Program-made: the position numbers and the translations under genes
Assembly: GCA_965222995.1 (NCBI GenBank)
Contig: OZ244977.1
Span: 582,095 to 646,094 of the forward strand
DNA length: 64,000 nt
From: Bacteroidia bacterium
GTDB taxonomy: Bacteria > Bacteroidota > Bacteroidia > UBA8524
Direction: 5' to 3'
Notes under the pieces: model-generated
Told to the model about the DNA's origin: nothing
Seen by the model: the letters and a program-made list of their open reading frames with translations, nothing else
The model's database searches: none
Part shown: positions 28,204 to 38,541 of the stretch, one piece after another
How the letters are laid out: the number at the start of each line of letters is the position of its first letter
How positions within the stretch are numbered: position 1 is the first letter of the stretch

Positions 28204-29121
28204 ATGCTGAAGATTGAAAGTGTTACTAAACAATATGCTGAAAAACTGGCTTTAGACAATGTAAGTTTTGAAGTACCGGAAAGAAGCATATTTGGTTTGT
28301 TAGGTCCCAATGGGGCAGGGAAAACATCGCTTATTAGGATAATTACCCGTATTACAGCTGCCGATGAAGGGAGGGTGTATATAAATGGAGAGCTTTTGAA
28401 CCCCAAACATGTTGAGATAGTTGGGTATTTGCCTGAAGAGCGCGGGCTATATAAGAAAATGCCCATTATAGACCAAGCTATGTATTTTGCCCAGCTTAAA
28501 GGGCTAAGCAAAAAAGAGGCAAAAACTGCTATAGATTATTGGTTTGATAAGTTTGATATAAATAGCTGGCGAACAAAAAAGGTTGAAGACCTTTCAAAAG
28601 GAATGCAGCAAAAGGTGCAATTTATTTTAACCGTATTACACCAACCCAAACTTATTATTTTGGATGAACCTTTTACAGGTTTTGACCCTGTTAATGCCGA
28701 GCTTATTCGCAAAGAAATAATTGAGTTAAGGGATAAAGGTGCTACAGTAATACTTTCCACACACCGTATGGAGTCTGTAGAACAGATGTGCGACCATATA
28801 GCACTGATAAACAATTCGCAAAAGGTATTAGACGGTAAGCTTAAGGAAATTAAAAATAACTACAAGCAAAACAAGTATGAAGTTATTACCGACGTATTTG
28901 AAAGCAGTGTTATAAGTGGTTTTACTATCGCAGAAACTGAACAACTGGAAGAAAATAAGCAAAAAACTGTTTTTGAAGTTGTGGGGGAGAATAATAACCC
29001 AAATACCTTGCTTCAACAGTTATTGCAAGCAACTAAGGTGTATGCCTTTAATGAGGTATTGCCCAGCATTAATGATATTTTTATTGAAATAGTAACACCG
29101 GCAGGGGAGGTAATGGCATGA
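28204..29121 (+). CDS. ABC transporter ATP-binding protein (ABC-2 type)
   Basis: Walker A GPNGAGKTS, a signature LSKGMQQKV and Walker B ILDEPFTGFD. The stop TGA overlaps the next ATG (ATGA). Confidence 0.9.
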   Translation: MLKIESVTKQYAEKLALDNVSFEVPERSIFGLLGPNGAGKTSLIRIITRITAADEGRVYINGELLNPKHVEIVGYLPEERGLYKKMPIIDQAMYFAQLKGLSKKEAKTAIDYWFDKFDINSWRTKKVEDLSKGMQQKVQFILTVLHQPKLIILDEPFTGFDPVNAELIRKEIIELRDKGATVILSTHRMESVEQMCDHIALINNSQKVLDGKLKEIKNNYKQNKYEVITDVFESSVISGFTIAETEQLEENKQKTVFEVVGENNNPNTLLQQLLQATKVYAFNEVLPSINDIFIEIVTPAGEVMA

Positions 29122-30455
29122 AACAAATTTGGTTAATTACAAAGCGAGAGTTTTTAAGCAGAGTAAAAAAGAAATCGTTTTTAATAATGACTCTTTTAGG
29201 ACCTTTGCTAATTGCAGGTTTTTATGCAGCTATTATCTGGGTAACTGTTGGACAGGCAAAAGGTGATAAGCTAAGGATTATTGAAGTTATTGACAAAAGT
29301 GGTGTTGTAGACGGCGAGTTAAAAAACACTAAGAATATTGTTTTTGATTTTAAAGACGGAAATATTGATAGTGCCAGAAAAGACTTAAATAACTCAGAAA
29401 GTTATGGTTTATTGTACTTCCCACCTTCTTTTACCTTAGAAAGGCCTGTAGGTATTCAGCTTTTTACCCGCGAGCAAAGTAGTATAGCCACACAAGAACG
29501 TATTGAAAGAAGTATAGAACGGGAGTTAAAATCTCAGCGAATGCGAATAGCGGGGCTTAGTCAGGATAAAATAGACAGCTTACGTGTTGAAATTGACTTA
29601 AATGTATTACTGAACAGTAGCAATGGTGATGAAGTGAAAAAGTCGGAAACTGCAGTATTAACCGCCATTGGTTTCGCCCTTACTTTTTTGATGTACATGT
29701 TTGTTTTTATGTATGGTGTGCAGGTAATGCGTGGGGTAATGGAAGAAAAAACCAACAGGATTGTAGAGGTAATTATTTCAACAGTGCGTCCTTTCCAGCT
29801 AATGTTGGGAAAAATATTCGGTATTGCTATGGTGGGACTTACCCAGTTTTTGATGTGGATAATATTGGGTGCGGGACTTTCATTTGTTGTAGCAATAGCA
29901 TTGGGTGTTACTATGGATACGGGTGATTTGCAAAGCATGCAATCATCGCAAGCCAATAGCCAGGAAATTGCAGAACAGGTGGCTGATATGCAAGCCGATG
30001 GTCTCTCATTTTGGGGAATTATTAATACCGCTTTGGGATACTTACCCTTTTTCTTGTTTTATTTCATTTTTGGGTACTTAATGTATAGCTCATTGTTTGC
30101 TGCTGTGGGTTCGGCAGTTGATAGTGAAACCGATACTCAACAGTTTATGTTTCCTATTACTATACCTATAGTTTTCTCTTTTATAGTCTCTATATCAGCC
30201 ATTACGAACGACCCACACAGTACTTTAGCATGGTGGATGTCAGTTATTCCGCTTACCTCTCCGGTTACCATGATGGCTCGGCTTCCTTTTATTGAGGGAC
30301 ATGAATGGGATTTGGTACTCTCTATGGTATTGTTAATTCTTGGCTTTTTAGGCTCTACTTGGTTAGCGGGACGAATTTATCGTACCGGTATATTGATGTA
30401 CGGTAAGAAAGTAAACTATAAAGAAATCTTCAAATGGATTAGATATAAAGGGTAG
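29118..30455 (+). CDS. ABC-2 family transporter permease
   Basis: 445 aa with an N-terminal TM segment, a large extracytoplasmic loop and then ~5 TM helices. It is translationally coupled to the ATPase. Confidence 0.8.
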   Translation: MKQIWLITKREFLSRVKKKSFLIMTLLGPLLIAGFYAAIIWVTVGQAKGDKLRIIEVIDKSGVVDGELKNTKNIVFDFKDGNIDSARKDLNNSESYGLLYFPPSFTLERPVGIQLFTREQSSIATQERIERSIERELKSQRMRIAGLSQDKIDSLRVEIDLNVLLNSSNGDEVKKSETAVLTAIGFALTFLMYMFVFMYGVQVMRGVMEEKTNRIVEVIISTVRPFQLMLGKIFGIAMVGLTQFLMWIILGAGLSFVVAIALGVTMDTGDLQSMQSSQANSQEIAEQVADMQADGLSFWGIINTALGYLPFFLFYFIFGYLMYSSLFAAVGSAVDSETDTQQFMFPITIPIVFSFIVSISAITNDPHSTLAWWMSVIPLTSPVTMMARLPFIEGHEWDLVLSMVLLILGFLGSTWLAGRIYRTGILMYGKKVNYKEIFKWIRYKG

Positions 30456-30525
30456 GAGAGTGAATTAAGGCAGTATCTTTCTTTGTTAATTGCATTATAG
30501 AAATATAAAAAGTAATTTTAGCGAT

Positions 30526-31776
30526 ATGAAAACAATAAAAAACCTACTCGTTTTACCATTATTGTTTACTAGTTTACTACTCACTGCCCAACAAGTAATA
30601 AAGAAACCTTTATTACAATTGAAAGGGCATAAAGGTATAGTTGAAGGAATTGCTTACTCACCCAATGGTAAATACATTGCATCAACCGGCTGGGACAAAA
30701 CCATTAAAATTTGGAGTGTAGATAGTGGCAAACTGGTTCATAGCTTTAAAGCTCATGATGGAGCTGTGAGATGTTTGGCATATAGTCGTGATGGCAAAAT
30801 GCTTATTTCAGGGGCAAGGGATAACTCTGTGAAAATTTGGGATACCTCTTACAATGCAAAATATAACCTTTTTGGGCATCAGAATATAATAAATGCTGTC
30901 GTTATCGCTCCCAGCTTGCGTTATGCCTACTCAGGCGGTGATGATATGCAGCTTAAGGTATGGGATTTGAAAAAGAAAGGAGAATCGCGTACACTTAAAA
31001 AAATGCCACGTAAAATTAATGCTATTGCGGTAAGTGTAAGGGGAAGAGATATTTATGTAGCTACAGAAGGTCCTGATATATATAATCTAACGGCAGCGGG
31101 AAAAGAAAAGAATGCTTTTTCAGGTCACACGGATGAGGTTAATGATTTAGCTTATGCACTAAACAACCGCTATTTAATTTCGGGCTCATCTGATAAAACA
31201 GCAATTATTTGGGATGTTAAAAATGGAAAAGTAGTGCATACCCTTGTAGGGCATACCTGGAAGGTTACCCAAGTAGCTTTTTCAAACGACTCTCGCTTTG
31301 CTATAACGGGGTCTACAGACGGGACAATAAAAATTTGGGATGTTGAAACCGGCAAGCAATTATACTCATACGAAAATGGAGTTAACGCCATTACCTCTTT
31401 AGCTTTTTCACCTGATATTACCCGAATAGCTTCGGCAGCTATGGTAAACAGTTATGTTGATGAGGATAAGAAAAACTTAATTTACCTGTGGGACAGTAAA
31501 CAAGAGTTGGTTACTGTTACCAAGGCTCGCATACAACGACAACGTTTAGATTCTATTGCCAAAGCAAAAAAAGAGTTTAAAAGGCAAAGAGATTCGGCAA
31601 TAAGAGCTAAGGATTCACTTAAACGCGTTGAGAGGCAACGTAAAATTGAAGAAAAGAAAAAGGCTATAGAAAAACGAAAAAAAGAGTTGGAAGAACAAGA
31701 AAAGAAAAAGAATAAAGGAACTCCAAAAAAAGAAAAATCAGGCTACGCAATTCTGGAAGAAGAATTTAACATTTAA
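30526..31776 (+). CDS. Secreted WD40-repeat protein with highly charged K/E-rich C-terminal tail
   Basis: Signal peptide MKTIKNLLVLPLLFTSLLLTAQQ. At least six WD repeats are present (GH...WD, KIWS, KIWD, IIWD, KIWD). The last ~90 aa are a K/E/R-rich predicted coiled coil. Confidence 0.8.
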   Translation: MKTIKNLLVLPLLFTSLLLTAQQVIKKPLLQLKGHKGIVEGIAYSPNGKYIASTGWDKTIKIWSVDSGKLVHSFKAHDGAVRCLAYSRDGKMLISGARDNSVKIWDTSYNAKYNLFGHQNIINAVVIAPSLRYAYSGGDDMQLKVWDLKKKGESRTLKKMPRKINAIAVSVRGRDIYVATEGPDIYNLTAAGKEKNAFSGHTDEVNDLAYALNNRYLISGSSDKTAIIWDVKNGKVVHTLVGHTWKVTQVAFSNDSRFAITGSTDGTIKIWDVETGKQLYSYENGVNAITSLAFSPDITRIASAAMVNSYVDEDKKNLIYLWDSKQELVTVTKARIQRQRLDSIAKAKKEFKRQRDSAIRAKDSLKRVERQRKIEEKKKAIEKRKKELEEQEKKKNKGTPKKEKSGYAILEEEFNI

Positions 31777-32207
31777 TCTATATGGGGCACCTTAACACGT
31801 ATGTACACTAAATCTACATAATTGTTTAATTGTGTGTTAGGTACAGAAAAAATCAATTTGTCTTCTTCAATACTTTTTATGTTATACTCAATACCTTCAA
31901 GTTTTGCATTAAAAATTACTAACTGTTTGCTTTTAGCATCATATTGATAGGTATTAGCCATTTTAGTTTTTTCGGTATTGCCAAAATAATGGGTAGCGGG
32001 TGAGCCAAAAAACAAGCTGTCTTTTAAAAATATTCTATACTCTTCTTTTAAGTGCGTGGGTAGCATATCGTTATGCTCTACTACCCAAACCCCTTGCAGT
32101 AGCTGGAAAGGACTAATGATTTCTATTTTTTCTGCTGTGTTTTCCTGTGCAGACGCTAAACCAAAAGAGAACAATAGTATAAAAATACTAAGAATCAATT
32201 TTTTCAT
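31773..32207 (-). CDS. Hypothetical secreted protein
   Basis: 144 aa with signal peptide MKKLILSIFILLFSFGLASAQ. It is convergent with the WD40 gene and overlaps it by 4 nt. Confidence 0.5.
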   Translation of the reverse strand: MKKLILSIFILLFSFGLASAQENTAEKIEIISPFQLLQGVWVVEHNDMLPTHLKEEYRIFLKDSLFFGSPATHYFGNTEKTKMANTYQYDAKSKQLVIFNAKLEGIEYNIKSIEEDKLIFSVPNTQLNNYVDLVYIRVKVPHID

Positions 32208-32285
32208 AACCTTTAAACCAGTTTCAACTATAAAGATAGTGATTTTGAAATTAATGTTGCTTTTAGTCGTTTATATAGTAAGAAA

Positions 32286-32974
32286 CTATTTTCCTAAATC
32301 TTCTTCGGTTAATCCTCGAGCAAATAGTTTTGCTTTCAGTATTTCAAATTGTTCTTCCTCATGTATTCGGTTTTTATCTTCTACTAAGCCAATATTTAAA
32401 GAGTATCTACAGTTAAAGATTTCAATACCCACCAAAGAAATCTTTACTTTATTATTAATCCATTCGATAACCCCCAAATCAAAATTTCCGAATTTTTCTA
32501 AGTCTGTTTTAGTTGGTTCACCCAGTAAATCAGTGATATGATCTTTCAAGTAATGAAACCTTTTCATTCCATCATCATCATGCCCTATATTCTCTGTGAT
32601 TTCAGTTATAGGATAATGCCAAAGCCAAAAATGTATTTCATAGTCTCAAGGTGGCACTCTTCACCATCAAGAATATTATGCTTTCCTAAGTACCAATTAA
32701 CCCTATCTCCGCTATTTCTCCTTTGTTCTTTATACTTTCCAAGCTTGTTAAAGGGAGTATTCCAAGGAATAAATACACCTTTATCTTCAAGTAAAAGACC
32801 CTTTTGGAGGTTACTCCATACTTGTTGCCTCTTTATTTCTTTATTGCTAGAATAAGGATATGTATAAGTATAATTCAGCTTCTCTGTCTTTTTGAGAAGT
32901 GATAATAGCTCAGCGATTTTATCCTTAAATAGATGTAAAAGCATCATAATTTTGATGCAATTACTATAAAGCAA
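32286..32974 (-). pseudogene. Possible frameshifted hypothetical gene (two adjacent ORFs in different frames)
   Basis: ORFs 32606..32974 and 32286..32567 are collinear. The downstream ORF's frame stays open upstream of its Met to 32645 and so overlaps the upstream ORF's end. This is consistent with a single ~230-aa gene broken by a frameshift near 32610-32640. Confidence 0.3.
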
Positions 32975-34643
32975 CCGTTTCTTTTGAGGCTAAACGTTCT
33001 TTAATATCTAAGCGGTGTTTGCGTGCGGTATCTTGTGCAATATCATATCCTGCATCAGCATGGCGAATAACCCCCATAGCAGGGTCGTTATGTAACACAC
33101 GGTACAGTCTGCGCTCAGCATCTTCAGTACCGTCTGCCAATATCACCATACCTGCGTGTATAGAATAGCCCATACCTACACCGCCGCCATGGTGAATACT
33201 TACCCAACTGGCACCCCCGGCAGTGTTTATTAATGAGTTAAGTATAGGCCAATCGGCAACGGCATCACTACCGTCTTTCATAGCTTCTGTTTCACGATTT
33301 GGCGATGCTACCGAGCCTGTATCTAAATGGTCTCTGCCAATAACTATTGGGGCTTTTACTTTACCCTCTTTAACCAAATTGTTAAAAGCAATACCAGCCT
33401 TTTCACGTTCGCCTTGTCCTAACCAGCAAATGCGGGCGGGCAAACCTTGAAACTCAATTTTTTCTTGAGCCATTTTTATCCAACGGTGCAAGCTTTCATG
33501 TTCAGGAAACAGCTCTAATAAAACACGGTCGGTTTCATAAATATCTTGTGGGTCTCCTGATAAGGCTGCCCAGCGGAAAGGCCCACGCCCTTCACAAAAC
33601 TGCGGACGGATAAATGCCGGCACAAATCCGGGAAAATCAAAAGCGTTTTTCACTCCTTTTTCTAAGGCTCTTCCGCGAAGATTATTACCATAATCAAAAG
33701 TGATACTTCCTTTTTTCTGAAATTCAAGCATTAACTCTACATGGCGTGCCATACTCTCATAGCTTAGCTCTACATATTTATCAGGGTTTTCCTTTCTTAA
33801 ACGGTCTGCCGCTTCAACATCTAAAGTGTGAGGAAAATATCCCACTAAGGGGTCGTGTGCACTGGTTTGGTCGGTAAGGCTATCAGGAATAACACCTCTG
33901 TCCATCATGCGTTGCAATAAATTTACTGCATTGGCTACAACCGCTATAGATACAGCTTTACCTTCTTCTTTGGCTTTTAATGCCATATCTATACCTTCAT
34001 CAATATTGCGGGTCATTACATCGCAATAGCGGGTTTGCAAACGTTTGCGAACACGCCACTCTTCAACTTCAGCAGCTAGGCAAACTCCCTCATTCATAGT
34101 AATAGCAAGTGGCTGTGCACCTCCCATTCCGCCTAAGCCTGCGGTTACATTTAATGTGCCTTTAAGGGAACCGCCATAATGTTGGCGGGCTAGTTCTGCA
34201 AAAGTTTCATAAGTACCTTGTACAATACCTTGCGAGCCTATATATATCCAGCTACCGGCAGTCATTTGCCCGTACATCATCAATCCTTTTTTGTCTAACT
34301 CTCTAAAATGCTCCCAGTTTGCCCAGTTGGGTACCAACATACTGTTAGAGATAAGTACACGAGGGGCATCTTTATGGGTAGGTAAAATACCTACAGGCTT
34401 TCCGCTTTGTATAAGCAGGGTTTCATCTTCTTCTAAATCGCGTAGGGCTTTTACAATTAAGTCTAAGCTTTCCCAATTACGTGCAGCCTTACCTAAACCA
34501 CCATATACTATAAGGTCTTCGGGGCGTTCTGCTACTTCACTGTCTAAGTTATTCATTAGCATGCGTAGGGCAGCCTCCTGTACCCAACCTTTACAACTAA
34601 TTTCTGTTCCTCTCGGTATTTTTAAATCGTTTATACTTATCAT
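32964..34643 (-). CDS. hutU: Urocanate hydratase
   Basis: 559 aa. Length, Gly-rich NAD-binding segments ([10 protein letters not shown]) and overall conservation are typical of urocanase. Confidence 0.93.
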   Translation of the reverse strand: MISINDLKIPRGTEISCKGWVQEAALRMLMNNLDSEVAERPEDLIVYGGLGKAARNWESLDLIVKALRDLEEDETLLIQSGKPVGILPTHKDAPRVLISNSMLVPNWANWEHFRELDKKGLMMYGQMTAGSWIYIGSQGIVQGTYETFAELARQHYGGSLKGTLNVTAGLGGMGGAQPLAITMNEGVCLAAEVEEWRVRKRLQTRYCDVMTRNIDEGIDMALKAKEEGKAVSIAVVANAVNLLQRMMDRGVIPDSLTDQTSAHDPLVGYFPHTLDVEAADRLRKENPDKYVELSYESMARHVELMLEFQKKGSITFDYGNNLRGRALEKGVKNAFDFPGFVPAFIRPQFCEGRGPFRWAALSGDPQDIYETDRVLLELFPEHESLHRWIKMAQEKIEFQGLPARICWLGQGEREKAGIAFNNLVKEGKVKAPIVIGRDHLDTGSVASPNRETEAMKDGSDAVADWPILNSLINTAGGASWVSIHHGGGVGMGYSIHAGMVILADGTEDAERRLYRVLHNDPAMGVIRHADAGYDIAQDTARKHRLDIKERLASKETVAL

Positions 34644-34736
34644 ATCCTAAATTCTTATTTCTTGTAACAGTATGGGGCAAAAATAGTTCAAATAATCAAA
34701 GGCTTTATAGTTAGGTATGGCATTTGTATATTTGCA

Positions 34737-35165
34737 ATGGTGTTGCAACAAGAACATACAAAAGCAGTAGATACACTTAAAAGCCATAAGCTGCGTATCA
34801 CAGAAACCCGAACTAAGGTTTTAGGCTTATTTATGAACGGACATTTAGCCCTGAAACAGTCTGATGTTGAAGATGCTTTGGGTACTAAGTACGACCGTGT
34901 TACTATTTATCGTACTTTAAATTCTTTTTTAGAAAGTGGCATTATCCATAAAATACCTGACGATAGCGGGGCTACTCAATATGCTTTGTGCGATAATTGT
35001 GATGCACACGAACACCATGATGAGCATATCCATTTTAAATGCACCAAGTGCAATAAGCTGGAGTGTTTAGACCACTATACCGTACCTAAATTTGAAGTTC
35101 CTTTAGGATATACTGTAGCCTCTGCCGATATGGTAGTAATAGGCATTTGTGCAGAGTGTACTTAG
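34737..35165 (+). CDS. Fur-family transcriptional regulator
   Basis: A winged-helix N-domain (LRITETRTKVLGLF, RVTIYRTLNSFLESGIIHKI) and a C-terminal metal site (HEHHDEH, CTKCNK...C...C). Confidence 0.85.
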   Translation: MVLQQEHTKAVDTLKSHKLRITETRTKVLGLFMNGHLALKQSDVEDALGTKYDRVTIYRTLNSFLESGIIHKIPDDSGATQYALCDNCDAHEHHDEHIHFKCTKCNKLECLDHYTVPKFEVPLGYTVASADMVVIGICAECT

Positions 35166-36091
35166 TCTTTTAGTTCTCTAGAAATTAAGTTCTCATATTG
35201 CTGAAACTTATAGTTTTCTGATGTTGCGTTTGAAGAACCAACAACATGCCGAATAATTTTTCCATTTTTATCTACAAGAAACTGTTGGGGAACTCCTTGA
35301 ATATTTAAATGTGATGTGAGTTTTCCATCAACATCATAAAGTATTTTAATACCTTTATTAGCAAAATATTTATTTGTAAAGGCTTGTTTGTAAGTATCTA
35401 TCCTGCCTGTATTTAGTAATATTACTTCAAAATTCTCTTTTTTAAATTTATCTTGTACTTTAGTAAGTAATGGTAATTGTTCGATACAAGGCAAGCAACT
35501 GTTTCTATAAAATTCAAATAGAATAATTTTGCCTTGTAAATTGCCAATATTAGTTTTAATTGAGTCTTTGTTTAAAAGTGCATGTGGCGGGGTGCCATTA
35601 TATATATTTGTATTCAGTTTTGGTGATGTTAAGTTATCGATTAACTCATCCCAACGCCCTATTGAGTTGGCATAAATTATATTACTAATGGATACAAAAA
35701 CAATAAAAACTATAACTATGTAAGTTTTTTTTAATGAATGGACTAAATAACCTAAGTAGAACGAAAGGGTTGCCCAAAAAGGTAGTAGAGGCAAATCATG
35801 CCAAAACATTATTTGATGAGAATTATATGTTGAAAGTATGATGTATAAAGAAGGCAAGAGTAATAAAATAACCTCTAGCAATTTTATTTTTTTTGATTTA
35901 ACTATAAGACCTATAATAAAAAACAGAGTTGAAATTACTGTTGGTCTAAAGTATATATTTTCAATATAGCCGCTTCTAGTAAAACTCCATACTGTAACAA
36001 CTCCAAATCCTAGAACTAATAAGATTATATATTTTAATATTTTTTTCATTTTAAATAGTTCCAGTTTAATTAAGTTTATTAACTGGAACAA
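35162..36091 (-). CDS. Polytopic membrane protein with C-terminal TlpA-like thioredoxin (thiol-disulfide oxidoreductase) domain
   Basis: Roughly five N-terminal TM segments are followed by a thioredoxin fold with the active site CLPC (LFEFYRNSCLPCIEQLPLL) and a cis-Pro region (IQGVPQQFLVDKNGKI). A possible alternative start lies at 36049 (MKKILKYIILL). Confidence 0.75.
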   Translation of the reverse strand: MFQLINLIKLELFKMKKILKYIILLVLGFGVVTVWSFTRSGYIENIYFRPTVISTLFFIIGLIVKSKKIKLLEVILLLLPSLYIILSTYNSHQIMFWHDLPLLPFWATLSFYLGYLVHSLKKTYIVIVFIVFVSISNIIYANSIGRWDELIDNLTSPKLNTNIYNGTPPHALLNKDSIKTNIGNLQGKIILFEFYRNSCLPCIEQLPLLTKVQDKFKKENFEVILLNTGRIDTYKQAFTNKYFANKGIKILYDVDGKLTSHLNIQGVPQQFLVDKNGKIIRHVVGSSNATSENYKFQQYENLISRELKD

Positions 36092-36109
36092 TTACGACAC
36101 TGTAATTTA

Positions 36110-36763
36110 CTATGGGATATTCAGTGCAATAGGGCATAAACCATCACAAGCCCACCTCCAAAAAGTGCCACAACCCGACTTTTTCTTTTTACATGAGTTT
36201 CTTTTTTCACAATCACCTAAAAAAGGGATGCACCAATCTGAACCAGAAGAACATTTACAATTATTATTATCATCCTCTTCAAATATATCATCATTTAAAT
36301 AGTTGGGGTCAATGTCATCTAATGTATTTACTATTCTTTTAATAGTATTTTCATTGAAGTTCGGAATAGCTGATGCCACCCATGTTGGTTCAAATGTATT
36401 TTTAAAACTGATGTCTTCAGCACTCCCATCGGTGAATAAATTAATACTCAACTGGTTAAAAATACTATTCAAATCACTTAACTGTGCAGAGTTCCATACT
36501 GTTAATCCTAACACCTGGTTTTTCTTATCCAACCAAATATTATATTTCTCTGTGGGCGTACAAGTATTGTAAGTAGCTTTCCTTACTGATGGAGAAAGAG
36601 TTAGGAGATATGCTCTTGTAATTGTTGTTTTACGTTGAAAGGCTACTTTTTCATCACTATTATTAATTTGAGGTTCTGTTTCAGACTGAGTGGTTTTAGT
36701 GCAAGAACTCATTATTAATAGCCCGGCTATTAATAATGCAAATTGACTTTTTAATTGTTTCAT
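36110..36763 (-). CDS. Lipoprotein with Cys-rich C-terminal module (9 Cys in last ~50 aa)
   Basis: Lipobox LLIMSSC. The C-terminus is NNNCKCSSGSDWCIPFLGDCEKRNSCKKKKSGCGTFWRWACDGLCPIALNIP. It lies 18 nt upstream of the TlpA-like gene on the same strand. Confidence 0.6.
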   Translation of the reverse strand: MKQLKSQFALLIAGLLIMSSCTKTTQSETEPQINNSDEKVAFQRKTTITRAYLLTLSPSVRKATYNTCTPTEKYNIWLDKKNQVLGLTVWNSAQLSDLNSIFNQLSINLFTDGSAEDISFKNTFEPTWVASAIPNFNENTIKRIVNTLDDIDPNYLNDDIFEEDDNNNCKCSSGSDWCIPFLGDCEKRNSCKKKKSGCGTFWRWACDGLCPIALNIP

Positions 36764-36913
36764 TTCAAGAATTACTTAAGTTAATGAATTGATAATTACG
36801 CAATATCAATATTAAGTTTTAATTACTTAACTTTAATAAAACAAGTTTTAGTATTTCCGCTTATCTAATTTTTTTTAATACTAGTAATGATGTTTTTGGT
36901 AACATCGTTGCAT

Positions 36914-36945
36914 AAAAAACCCCTTCACTTTGTAAGCAAAGGGGC
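36914..36945 (-). terminator. Intrinsic terminator downstream of lipoprotein gene 36981..37745
   Basis: The minus strand reads GCCCCTTTGCTTACAAAGTGAAGGGG followed by TTTTTT. Confidence 0.5.
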
Positions 36946-36980
36946 TCAACCTATATACTAATTACAATTATGAAAAAGAT

Positions 36981-37745
36981 TTAATCCCAGTGTACATGAT
37001 ACTCAACATCAGCATCGTTGTTTTTCAGGTCAAAGGCTTCAATAATTAATTCGTATTCACCTTTTGGCCAAGATGGATCAAAAACAATTTTCTCAGTAAA
37101 ATTTTCTCCCGTCCCGCTTAAGTTTCCATCAATATCTACATAATTTTTTTCTGTTCCTTCATGTATAAGCTTAATTTCATAACTCTTCAAGCCTTTATCA
37201 TCTCCTACAGTACCCTCAATTGTAATTTCATTACTATTTTTTAATTCTATTTCATTATTTGCATCAGGTGCAGGAGTGGTATTTACATTAAGAGTTGGGG
37301 CTATTAAATCTTCGGCGTTTTTTATTACTATTTCAGAAACAATAAAGTCAGCCTCATTGCCGGCTTTGTCAATTACTCGCATCGTAAAATCATAATTTCC
37401 AGCAGCTATATCAATGGGTAAAGTAATTTTAAAATTCAAATTAGCCGTTTTACCACTCAAATTAATAATACTGTCCCACTCAAAAGCAGGTGAGCCATTT
37501 TTCATGTGGGCATGTCCATCAAAGTTTTCGTGTATTTCTATCTTAGCCTGGCTAAGCTCAGTATCATCGTTAATGGTAGCTGAAATTGTAATATCATTCC
37601 CAGATGTAAACTCATCATCTTTTGAAGGGCTATTTAGCTGTACTGATGGCTTAGTGGTATCTTTTGGGCTGTTGTCATCATCTTTTTTACATGATGAGAT
37701 ACCTATTAATAGTAAGGCTGCAAGTGCTAAACTTAGTTTTTTCAT
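36981..37745 (-). CDS. Lipoprotein with two tandem Ig-like repeat domains (DUF4625-like)
   Basis: The start at 37745 gives MKKLSLALAALLLIGISSC. There are two repeats of ~90 aa (ITISATINDDTELSQAKIEIHE / ITIEGTVGDDKGLKSYEIKLIHE). The family name is from memory. Confidence 0.6.
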   Translation of the reverse strand: MKKLSLALAALLLIGISSCKKDDDNSPKDTTKPSVQLNSPSKDDEFTSGNDITISATINDDTELSQAKIEIHENFDGHAHMKNGSPAFEWDSIINLSGKTANLNFKITLPIDIAAGNYDFTMRVIDKAGNEADFIVSEIVIKNAEDLIAPTLNVNTTPAPDANNEIELKNSNEITIEGTVGDDKGLKSYEIKLIHEGTEKNYVDIDGNLSGTGENFTEKIVFDPSWPKGEYELIIEAFDLKNNDADVEYHVHWD

Positions 37746-37783
37746 TTCTATAGTTATTATTTTATATGACTCTTGTTTTTGAA

Positions 37784-37821
37784 ACATTGTTGCAAATATA
37801 ATTAAATGCAACAATGTTGCA
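37784..37821. promoter_or_regulatory. Composite palindromic operator-like element (TGTTGCA half-sites x3)
   Basis: The sequence is ACATTGTTGCA-aatataattaaa-TGCAACAATGTTGCA. It lies in the divergent promoter region between the lipoprotein gene (minus) and the ECF sigma gene (plus). The core TGCAACA-A-TGTTGCA is a perfect palindrome also found at 43113..43127. Confidence 0.45.
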
Positions 37822-37957
37822 AGTAAAAATGCATTTATCAAAGATTGATTATATTGAGGCTATAGATATTTTACATTAAGAGAAATATTTTTAAGTGCGA
37901 TTACAACCCGCCAACCTTAAATACCGTTAATAACATAAACGACCTTCTCCACACGGG

Positions 37958-38515
37958 ATGATTAGTGATAGTGAACTCATAAAAGGATGCATAAACAACG
38001 ACAGGTTGTACCAAAAACACCTGTATGAAAAGTATGCCCGAAAAATGTTGACAGTGTGCCTATGCTACACTAGAGACAGTTATGAGGCTGAGAATATTTT
38101 GCAAGAAGGGTTTATAAAGGTATTTGAGAATTTAAAAAAATATAAGCCCGTAGGAAGTTTTGAAGGTTGGATTAGAAGAATAATAGTGAACACGGCTACC
38201 GATTACTATCGCAAAATGAAACGTGTGAAGTTTATAGAGGTTGATATAGATGAGGCAGGGCACAAAGTATCTACAATAGATATAGACCAATTTGCCACAG
38301 AAGATATAGTGAAGGCTATACAGAAATTGCCAGAGGGGGGGCGAATGGTATTTACCCTATTTGCCATAGAGGGGTATAGCCACGCAGAGATAGCTGAACA
38401 ACTGGGGATTTCTGTAGGAACATCGAAATCTCAGTATGCCAGAGCAAGAACATTATTGCAAACTACACTAAAGAATAGTGAGAGAAATTTTTTTTTAAAA
38501 CATAAAATACTTTAA
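37958..38515 (+). CDS. ECF-type RNA polymerase sigma-70 family factor (paralog of 2299..2865)
   Basis: 185 aa with FIKVFENLKKY, SFEGWIRRIIVNTATDYYRK and a region-4 HTH YSHAEIAEQLGISVGTSKSQYARAR. Confidence 0.85.
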   Translation: MISDSELIKGCINNDRLYQKHLYEKYARKMLTVCLCYTRDSYEAENILQEGFIKVFENLKKYKPVGSFEGWIRRIIVNTATDYYRKMKRVKFIEVDIDEAGHKVSTIDIDQFATEDIVKAIQKLPEGGRMVFTLFAIEGYSHAEIAEQLGISVGTSKSQYARARTLLQTTLKNSERNFFLKHKIL

Positions 38516-38541
38516 AAACATAGCATAAGCTATATAGAGCA

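Noticed and set aside
34723-34734. TATATTTG -7-like motif 4 nt before the Fur-family start codon
   Set aside because: It is too close to the ATG for a normal leader. The N-terminal helix of the Fur-like protein requires the annotated start, so a leaderless transcript would have to be assumed. It is not called as a promoter.
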